25,225 nucleotides of DNA from an uncultured archaeon (GTDB lineage: Archaea > Asgardarchaeota > Lokiarchaeia > Sigyniarchaeales > SOKP01). The stretch is from contig CAZALK010000029.1 in the NCBI GenBank assembly GCA_964486045.1, positions 741-25,965 on the forward strand. Direction: 5' to 3'. Positions 16,418-23,321 of this stretch are shown here, one piece after another (position 1 is the first letter of the stretch; every line of letters begins with the position of its first letter). The position numbers and the translations under genes were made by a program. The notes under the pieces were generated by a model. The model was not told the origin of the DNA. It saw only the letters and a list, made by a program, of their open reading frames with translations, and ran no database searches.

Positions 16418-17326
16418 TTATTTCTTCATAAGCCTTTCTTTTAATTTTTCTTTATCTATATGCGTGTAGATTTCTGTAGAAGTTATAGAGGAATGTCTTA
16501 ATATCTCCTGGACTTCCCGCATATTCAAACCCTTTTCATTTAGTAGATATGTGGCCCATGAATGTCTTAACCTATGGGGCCTAACAATAGTTTCCTCAAT
16601 AAGTGAGCCTTCATTTCCTTTTTTTGTAATTCCCGCAGTAACACCCGCCTCCTTTAGTTTTTTTCTCCATGAGAGGGCTTTATTAGCCAAATAAGTTATA
16701 TTGTCTGGAAGTTTGTCTATAAACAAAAATGATTCAGGAGATCTCAGTTTATTATTTTCTCTTATGTATCTTGCAATTCTAACCATCAACTCAGGGGGAA
16801 CTAATGCAATTCCTTCTTTATCTCCCTTCCCAAATACCCTACACTCGCCCATCTTAGAAACATCCTTTTTCCAGGCTTCCCAATCGAATGATATAACTTT
16901 TATTTTTAGAAGTTCTCCAAGTCTTAAACCACAAAAGAAAGTTATTAGGATCATTATTTTATCTTTTTCATCTGTGAATATTTTCTCCAGTTCTAGAACC
17001 TCTTCTCTAGTAAGTGGTTTAACTAGCCTGTATTTTTTATGTCCTGTTATAGAGGGCAATTCTATCTCTAGAATATTTTCTAATGCTTCAGAATTAATAT
17101 TAAGTTCCTTATGATTTCTTAATAGATATGCTTTTAAGTTTCTTAAGAAACTTCTGGAAGATGGGTTTTGATTTCCTTTCTCTGAAATGAAACGCCCAAC
17201 AGTTTCATTATTAAATACATCATAAGTATTAAACTTTGTAAAATAATAAAGGTACTCTCTAATAGTTCTTTCCTTAAGATTTTTATTAACTAGCCAGGAT
17301 CTAAACCTATCTATAGGCACGTTCAC
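16418..17326 (-). CDS. Tyrosine recombinase, XerA/XerC/D-like
   Basis: Intact catalytic set: CGLRLGEL (R), GKGDK (K), PHRLRH (HxxR), LRHSS (H), TEIYTH (Y); 302 aa with no extra arm-binding domain. Confidence 0.95.
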   Translation of the reverse strand: MNVPIDRFRSWLVNKNLKERTIREYLYYFTKFNTYDVFNNETVGRFISEKGNQNPSSRSFLRNLKAYLLRNHKELNINSEALENILEIELPSITGHKKYRLVKPLTREEVLELEKIFTDEKDKIMILITFFCGLRLGELLKIKVISFDWEAWKKDVSKMGECRVFGKGDKEGIALVPPELMVRIARYIRENNKLRSPESFLFIDKLPDNITYLANKALSWRKKLKEAGVTAGITKKGNEGSLIEETIVRPHRLRHSWATYLLNEKGLNMREVQEILRHSSITSTEIYTHIDKEKLKERLMKK

Positions 17327-17558
17327 TTTCGAGTACCATCCTTTTTTTACTTAAGATCCTTTTCAATAAGAAGATTCCAACAACTCCAAAGATAATGAAG
17401 AGCCAGTTTTTTATAATAAATCCAAACATGAAATAGAGAGACTTGCCTAGTAGCCAGAAAACCCCAAAGATTACTAGGCCCAATAAAATAGCCATGATAT
17501 AATATGCTGTAAAGGATTCGTTCTTTGGATTGATTGCATCGGGGCTAAGGATCCTCAT
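17307..17558 (-). CDS. Small two-TM membrane protein co-transcribed with the recombinase
   Basis: 83 aa, hydrophobic, overlaps both neighbours. Confidence 0.7.
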   Translation of the reverse strand: MRILSPDAINPKNESFTAYYIMAILLGLVIFGVFWLLGKSLYFMFGFIIKNWLFIIFGVVGIFLLKRILSKKRMVLESERAYR

Positions 17559-17815
17559 GTTTTTATTGGGAGTTTGTAAGGTAACTGTTTAATTTGTGCA
17601 TGGGATTTTATTTCTTTTATCTCTATTTTCTCTGTTGGGGGAATATTAATTTCCTTAGTGTACTGGTTTTTTGTTTGTTTTTCTTGTGGTACACTGGGTT
17701 TGGGTACACTGATTAAACGTTTTATTGTATCTTCAAAGTCTTCCCCTTCCTGTTTCTCTCGACGGAGAAAGGATTTAAATTCATTACTTATTTTTATCTG
17801 TCCTTCCTTAGGCAT
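17555..17815 (-). CDS. RHH DNA-binding protein (archaeal VapB/DUF217-like N-terminus), probable autorepressor
   Basis: QIKISNEFKSFLRREKQEGEDFEDTIKRLI fits the TIxISxExxxxLxxxKxxGESFxDxIxRLI pattern. Confidence 0.75.
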   Translation of the reverse strand: MPKEGQIKISNEFKSFLRREKQEGEDFEDTIKRLISVPKPSVPQEKQTKNQYTKEINIPPTEKIEIKEIKSHAQIKQLPYKLPIKT

Positions 17816-17816
17816 C

Positions 17817-17864
17817 AGTACACCAGTACACTATGGTATTTAAATATGAGTACACCAGTACACC
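17817..17864 (-). promoter_or_regulatory. TATA box flanked by two tandem pairs of AGTACACY operator repeats
   Basis: Repeats start at 17817, 17825, 17849 and 17857; TTTAAATA (17837-17844) lies 22-29 nt from ATG 17815. Confidence 0.8.
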
Positions 17865-17990
17865 AAGCCCTTTATCCTGTTAACCGATTAACTTCTGAGG
17901 CTTTAGAATAAATAGATTGCAGAATAAAAATAGTTGGCCGTCCAAAAAAGTACATATATAAAAACTTATTGAGTTAAGTTTGATATAAAA

Positions 17991-18905
17991 CTAAACACTG
18001 GGGACTAATGATTTTATGGAAGCATTAAGGTTATTATGGATGGCTTTATTTTCACTTCTAACTAATTGCATGACAGTCTTACCTATTTTTTTATCCATAA
18101 GCATTATATTTAATTCAGTGTTTACTGAACTATACTTTTTGCCGTTGAAGTAGCATACATGAATCAATCCTTCTTTTGTAAATTTTCCTTCAAGTAATTG
18201 TTTATAAATTTTTTCTATAAATGTTAGTGGTATTTCCCCTGTTTCCTTGTTGAAACTCTCTGCACGCCTTACCTTCTTAACTTCCTTATAAACTATCTTC
18301 TGTTTCACAGTCATATCATTAAAATATAAATAGCCTCTAAAGGTGCTAAGCTTGTGATATTGTGGTTTAAAATCTGGATCCTTTTGAATTCTCTTACCCC
18401 ATTTCTCCTCGACCTTTTTATTATAGGGTGCATCCCATTTATCTTGACTATAAAGTCTCCCTTGTAGGGGCATGTGAATAATAGCAACTCCCCTCTCAAC
18501 TATATGTAAATGCATAAAATACAAATCTCTTAGATCTTTATCTAGAGAAAAGAAGTTTGGAATGGCTGAACCAAGAACATTAAAGTTATCTCGATAATTT
18601 GTTATTATTTTTATAAGTTCTTGCTGAACCGATAGATTGAAGTTCCTTTTATAACTGGAATTTATTGCCTCATCATCCCAACAGGAACCATACATTTGAT
18701 TTTTAAGGAGTTTGATTATTTGCTCCCTTTGATAAACTTGATGTTTCCAAGGATTAAATTTTGGAATTCTATGAAAGATTTTTCCCGCGCATGTACTTTT
18801 CCCATTACCTCTATCTCCACTGAAAGCTAAGTTAGCGTCGAATTCATTCCCTTGTCTTTCTTTAATAATATCAACTATCTCTTTTATTGTCCATGTAATT
18901 TTCAT
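17991..18905 (-). CDS. P-loop ATPase, probable morphogenesis/genome-extrusion ATPase
   Basis: Walker A GDRGNGKST; Walker B SCWDDEA; downstream R...PNFFSLDKDLR segment reminiscent of pI/Zot-like and spindle-virus ATPases. Confidence 0.8.
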   Translation of the reverse strand: MKITWTIKEIVDIIKERQGNEFDANLAFSGDRGNGKSTCAGKIFHRIPKFNPWKHQVYQREQIIKLLKNQMYGSCWDDEAINSSYKRNFNLSVQQELIKIITNYRDNFNVLGSAIPNFFSLDKDLRDLYFMHLHIVERGVAIIHMPLQGRLYSQDKWDAPYNKKVEEKWGKRIQKDPDFKPQYHKLSTFRGYLYFNDMTVKQKIVYKEVKKVRRAESFNKETGEIPLTFIEKIYKQLLEGKFTKEGLIHVCYFNGKKYSSVNTELNIMLMDKKIGKTVMQLVRSENKAIHNNLNASIKSLVPSV

Positions 18906-18907
18906 TA

Positions 18908-19456
18908 TTAACCCCTAGTTGTTGCGTTTTTTATAACTTGTTTTTTATAAGCTATTGGATCAAATTCTTCTTTATCTGTGAATATCAAATGATTTTTATT
19001 TAATGGATCATTTAAATCCGCTTTTATTTCACTTAGTCTCTCGAGAATCTCTGAAAATAAAACCTCCTCAATTCTAATCGTACTAATTTTAGTAATTTGA
19101 TTATAACTTTTTTTATAGAGTAGGGGGGATATTCTTTTTATTATGTTAAGTTTCTTTTCGAAATCTTCAAGTTTTTCTTTAGTTCCAGATTTTTTCATTG
19201 CAAATCTGCAATTTTTACATATCTTTCTTAACTCATGTATTAGTCTTTTTAATCCAGAGAGCCTTAATTGTTCTTGAGGCATCCCGTAACTCATCAACTC
19301 TTCAAAGATATCTTCGTAACCAAATGCAGCAATGTCCTCGTAAACTTCACATCGGACCATAGGTTTCATTATTTTTTCTTTAGAGAATTCGGCAGCAACA
19401 TTCCAGTTTCCAGTTTCAGAAATCATAAAGCCTTCATCAGAATCTCTTTTTCCCAT
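18908..19456 (-). CDS. Hypothetical helical protein co-transcribed with the ATPase
   Basis: 182 aa; stop lies 2 nt before the ATPase start. Confidence 0.8.
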   Translation of the reverse strand: MGKRDSDEGFMISETGNWNVAAEFSKEKIMKPMVRCEVYEDIAAFGYEDIFEELMSYGMPQEQLRLSGLKRLIHELRKICKNCRFAMKKSGTKEKLEDFEKKLNIIKRISPLLYKKSYNQITKISTIRIEEVLFSEILERLSEIKADLNDPLNKNHLIFTDKEEFDPIAYKKQVIKNATTRG

Positions 19457-19470
19457 AATTATCTATATTA

Positions 19471-19496
19471 GGAAAACTTTTAAATGTTACTTTCTT
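19471..19496. promoter_or_regulatory. Bidirectional TATA element between divergent genes
   Basis: CTTTTAAAT 19477-19485 lies 21-29 nt from both ATG 19456 (-) and ATG 19507 (+), with purine-rich BRE-like runs on each side. Confidence 0.6.
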
Positions 19497-19506
19497 ATGG
19501 AATAAC

Positions 19507-20121
19507 ATGGAAAAAGAGGGAATGATAGAAAATAAAATAAACGAAAATCTTATTTTCATAGTAATTCTAATCTTATCTATAATTTTAACTTCTTATCTCA
19601 TATTAAATTATAGTAAATCTCAATTAGAAAGTGAAATAGAGGGGATAGAAGAATTTAATAAATATTATTTTAAGGGTGTAGCAGAATTTAATGATGGAAT
19701 CTTTGATAACTTTAATGCTGAATCTAATTACAATTTATGGTCTTTTTATTATGATGAAGGATATTTCTTAGATTCTATTGAATATTGTGTTAGTGCAAGG
19801 GACCTATATGCTTCTGCAAATTCATACAATCAAGATTCTATATCTAATTTTGAAGAAGCAGATAAAATAGCAAAAGAAAAATATAAAGAATTAATATTTT
19901 ATTATATAAAGGCGTCAGACCAGGCTATTGAAATTAATTGGGCAATGTATGAAGCTTGTGAATATTTTGAAGGTGCATCCGATTCTTACTCTAAAGAGTT
20001 ATGGGATTCTGGAGATGCAGAATTAGAAATTGGTAATGAAAAAATTGAGTTACATGATAGTTTAATTAGAGATTATAATAAATATGTTTCTAAAATAGAA
20101 GTTTTAGAAGAAAAAATTTAA
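19507..20121 (+). CDS. Membrane-anchored acidic all-helical protein
   Basis: One N-terminal TM; Y/E/D/A-rich amphipathic helices with two internally similar halves (EYC/EAC). Confidence 0.8.
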   Translation: MEKEGMIENKINENLIFIVILILSIILTSYLILNYSKSQLESEIEGIEEFNKYYFKGVAEFNDGIFDNFNAESNYNLWSFYYDEGYFLDSIEYCVSARDLYASANSYNQDSISNFEEADKIAKEKYKELIFYYIKASDQAIEINWAMYEACEYFEGASDSYSKELWDSGDAELEIGNEKIELHDSLIRDYNKYVSKIEVLEEKI

Positions 20122-20146
20122 GGAAGGAGACTTTAAATAAATTAAA

Positions 20147-22654
20147 ATGGTATCATTAAGAGAAAGAATAAGAAGAAGGTTCAAACCAAAGCCTAAGCCA
20201 GAACCAATTCAGAAAGGTAGACCTGTTTTTAAAAAAACTGAAAAGCCAAGTCCTAGAGGGATAGTAGCGCCTGCAAAACCTATTCAAAAATTTGTACCTC
20301 AGAGAGATGTTAGAACATTTGTTTCTGGAGGGGGAGCCTCGCGACCTAGACAAGATGCACCAGTTCCAACTCCACCACCCCCAATAAAACAACCTTCTCT
20401 CACTGCTGCACAAGCTACGGGCGTAGAGGCTGAAAGAATGAGGGAAACGGCAAGAGGTTTAACACCTTCGCAGGCAGTAGCCTTAGAAGCTAGAAGAAGA
20501 AGATCATTAAGAATAAGACTGCCTCCTGCAAGACCAAAAATAGATTTTAAGAAGGCAATTAGTAAAGGAGTTGATGTATTGGGGACAAAAGCATTAGTGT
20601 TATCCTTGAAATTAAAAACGAGAAGAGAAGAATTAATTCAAGAAAAATTAGAATTGATTAAACAAAAAGGATTAAAGGCGCCATTTTCAAGAGAAGGAAA
20701 AAAGATTGATAAACAATTACAAAATATTGCTGTTGCAGAATCACTTGTTCCTTTTGCGTTATTACCTTCCGCTCTTAAATTCCTTGTTAAAAATCCAAAA
20801 GAGATAAAAAATATCCCCTCTGGCGCTAAACAAGCTCTTATTAAAGAGGGTAAGGAAACTGGAAGACTTTTATTAATAAGTCCTTCCGCAGGATTCGTTA
20901 AAATTGGAACAGAGATTTATACTTTTAAAGGAACTGGGAAAGCCATAAGTCTTACTGGAAAAGTTTCTGGGAAAGCAATAACTAGAATAAGTCCTAAATT
21001 TAAAAAGATAAAAAATTCAGAAATAATAATTCCTTCTAAACAACCTGGAAAAGCTATTTCTTTAAAAATATCTGGTCCAGTATCAAAAATAAAAACTTCC
21101 TTAAGGGAACAAGCAGAGTTAGCGGGAAAACAGACCCTTGCAGTTTCTGCACAAGCAGACAGATTAGTTAATTTTATCAAAACAAAAAGGGTAGTCAGAA
21201 AACCAATACCTAATGAAGAGTTGTTAAAACCAGTTACTAGAAAACTTTTATCTAAGTTTGATGAGGGAAAGATAAGTAAGAAACAATTAATAGACCTAGA
21301 CAATAGAATAAGAACAGAAACAAGGGGGGGAGGTTCTTTATTGGAGAGATCTTTTTTTGCAAGCCCTAAAGGAAAGTTAAGAATTTCTAGGTTAGGGCAA
21401 GAATCTAAGGATGCTTCACTATTAGATATTTTGAAAGGAGATTTTACATTTAGAACACAGAAGCCACAAATATTAATTTTTGAAGATATTAAAGTTCAAA
21501 AATTTCCAAAAGAATTAAAGACTGTTGAAAAGAAATTAAAAACTGGAAAGGCCCTAACAAAATTAGAAACACAAAAATTATTAAAATTCCAATTAAAAGG
21601 ATCAGGGAAGTTTAAACCAATAGGCGCATTATCAAAAGAACCAGAAATTACATTATCTCCCCGTGAGATAATTAAAAAGGGAAAAGTAGTGGCTGTTACA
21701 ATAATAAATGGAAAAAGAGTACCAATAGTTCGTGCGACAGTTATAAAATCTAAACCAGAAACTAAGAAATTATTAAAAAAAGCTAATGAAGGAAAAATAA
21801 AAACTTCTGAATTAAAAAAACTGAGAAAGAATTTAAGAAAGGAAACAGGGTTTAAATCATTATTATCTCGATCTCCAAAACGAAAGCCTATTGTCCGTGT
21901 TAAAAAGATTGGTTTAACTACAATTTCAAGATCAAGAAGGGGAAGAAAACCAAGAACGGGTAGTAGACCTAGAAGAACTATCAGACCTGGACTTCCAAGA
22001 CTTCCAAGAGTTCCAATCCCTCCAAGAAGACCTAGATCTCCAAGAGTTCCAAGAGTTCCAATCCCTCCAAGAAGACCTAGATCTCCAAGAAGGTTAGGTA
22101 GAATTTCTAGACCTTCTTCTTCCACTAAAAGGGGGGTTCCTCGTGGTGGGAGGAGAGTTGAGGCAATTAAAGAAAAAGAAATAATAACCATATCTTCTAA
22201 GAAAAAGAAAAAATTCTCTAAGCCTTCAAAACTTAAACAAGGTTACCAGGCATTTGGAAAAGATAGGGGAAGATCCATAAACTTAAACCCTAAGAAGCTA
22301 TTAAGTAAGAGGCACGCTTTGGATAGGGCTGCAAGAGCAATAGACAACACAACTTCTAAGACATTAAAAATAGTTCCAAAAGGAAAGGTCAAAAAATTAG
22401 GGACTATAAGGAAAAGTGAGAAAGGATATTTTGGAAGAACAAAAAATAAATTCAGAGAGTTTAAAATTAGAAAGAGGAAAGGAATCAAAACCCCAAATAA
22501 ATTTATAGAAAAAAGAAGATTTGGAATTGATACACGTGGAGAGAAAAGACAACTATCCCTCGCTAAGTTTGCTAAACAACAAGGATTCACTAGAAGGAGA
22601 AAAACATTTAAGAAAAATAAACAAAGTAAGAGATCAAGAAGGGGTAGAAGATGA
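20147..22654 (+). CDS. 835-aa extremely basic protein; candidate genome-condensing/internal virion protein
   Basis: K/R-rich throughout, no Cys or Trp seen, Pro/Arg repeats, no signal peptide. Confidence 0.8.
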   Translation: MVSLRERIRRRFKPKPKPEPIQKGRPVFKKTEKPSPRGIVAPAKPIQKFVPQRDVRTFVSGGGASRPRQDAPVPTPPPPIKQPSLTAAQATGVEAERMRETARGLTPSQAVALEARRRRSLRIRLPPARPKIDFKKAISKGVDVLGTKALVLSLKLKTRREELIQEKLELIKQKGLKAPFSREGKKIDKQLQNIAVAESLVPFALLPSALKFLVKNPKEIKNIPSGAKQALIKEGKETGRLLLISPSAGFVKIGTEIYTFKGTGKAISLTGKVSGKAITRISPKFKKIKNSEIIIPSKQPGKAISLKISGPVSKIKTSLREQAELAGKQTLAVSAQADRLVNFIKTKRVVRKPIPNEELLKPVTRKLLSKFDEGKISKKQLIDLDNRIRTETRGGGSLLERSFFASPKGKLRISRLGQESKDASLLDILKGDFTFRTQKPQILIFEDIKVQKFPKELKTVEKKLKTGKALTKLETQKLLKFQLKGSGKFKPIGALSKEPEITLSPREIIKKGKVVAVTIINGKRVPIVRATVIKSKPETKKLLKKANEGKIKTSELKKLRKNLRKETGFKSLLSRSPKRKPIVRVKKIGLTTISRSRRGRKPRTGSRPRRTIRPGLPRLPRVPIPPRRPRSPRVPRVPIPPRRPRSPRRLGRISRPSSSTKRGVPRGGRRVEAIKEKEIITISSKKKKKFSKPSKLKQGYQAFGKDRGRSINLNPKKLLSKRHALDRAARAIDNTTSKTLKIVPKGKVKKLGTIRKSEKGYFGRTKNKFREFKIRKRKGIKTPNKFIEKRRFGIDTRGEKRQLSLAKFAKQQGFTRRRKTFKKNKQSKRSRRGRR
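22002..22090 (+). repeat. 45-bp tandem duplication encoding PRVPIPPRRPRSPR
   Basis: 22002-22045 is identical to 22047-22090. Confidence 0.9.
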
Positions 22655-23319
22655 GTGAAGGAGATCCCTATGAAAACGACGAATTTGTTCAGGAATTATT
22701 GGCCCGTGAAAAAAATTCTCAAAATGAAATACTAAGATTACAAGGCGTCGTTAATTCTTCTGGCGTTGCAAGTCCACAGGGAAATTTAATTCAGTATCAA
22801 CTAGATTCTTCAGAGATGTTAGAGAAGTTAGAACATTTCTATAGGGGCGATTATATTGGAATCTGTAAGGAAGGAGAAAATAAAGGGGAACAGATGTGGA
22901 TAAGTCCAGACAATAAAGATTTAATACCTCTTAATGAATTTGGTGTTAACTCCATGATGGAAATCGTAACAAAATATATAGATAAAAATACATCGTTATC
23001 TTATTATTCAGAAGAGAGAATTTATGAGATCCTTGCAGACTTAGGGGATGAAATGGTTTTAGTTCTTTTCTGTAATTATGAAAAGATGGGGATGGATACT
23101 TATTTTAAGAAAACTAAATTTAGGGTTATGATTCTCACAACTCTCCACATGATTGAATCTAATTATAGAAGAGCAATAAGGGGAAAAACTATGGAAGATC
23201 TTAACCAGTCCAAAATAGTGACTCAGTCCGACATGGTGGGCGCTAGGGCGGGGATGGGTGTTGGAGGGCCTGCTAAAAAGAGTTATGGCTTTCTTGATCC
23301 TCGAAGGTATATGAGGTAA
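22651..23319 (+). CDS. Hypothetical soluble protein of the structural arm
   Basis: 222 aa, ATGA overlap, GGGGT upstream; no motif confidently recognised. Confidence 0.8.
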   Translation: MSEGDPYENDEFVQELLAREKNSQNEILRLQGVVNSSGVASPQGNLIQYQLDSSEMLEKLEHFYRGDYIGICKEGENKGEQMWISPDNKDLIPLNEFGVNSMMEIVTKYIDKNTSLSYYSEERIYEILADLGDEMVLVLFCNYEKMGMDTYFKKTKFRVMILTTLHMIESNYRRAIRGKTMEDLNQSKIVTQSDMVGARAGMGVGGPAKKSYGFLDPRRYMR

Positions 23320-23321
23320 AA

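Noticed and set aside
17555-17815. VapBC toxin-antitoxin module
   Set aside because: The N-terminus is VapB-like, but there is no PIN-domain gene; the downstream genes are a membrane protein and the recombinase.
21496-22191. 231-aa antisense ORF with LGxLG repeats (also 20156-20413, 20917-21303, 22243-22590)
   Set aside because: Mirror of the biased codons and repeat of the 835-aa gene; no independent expression signals.
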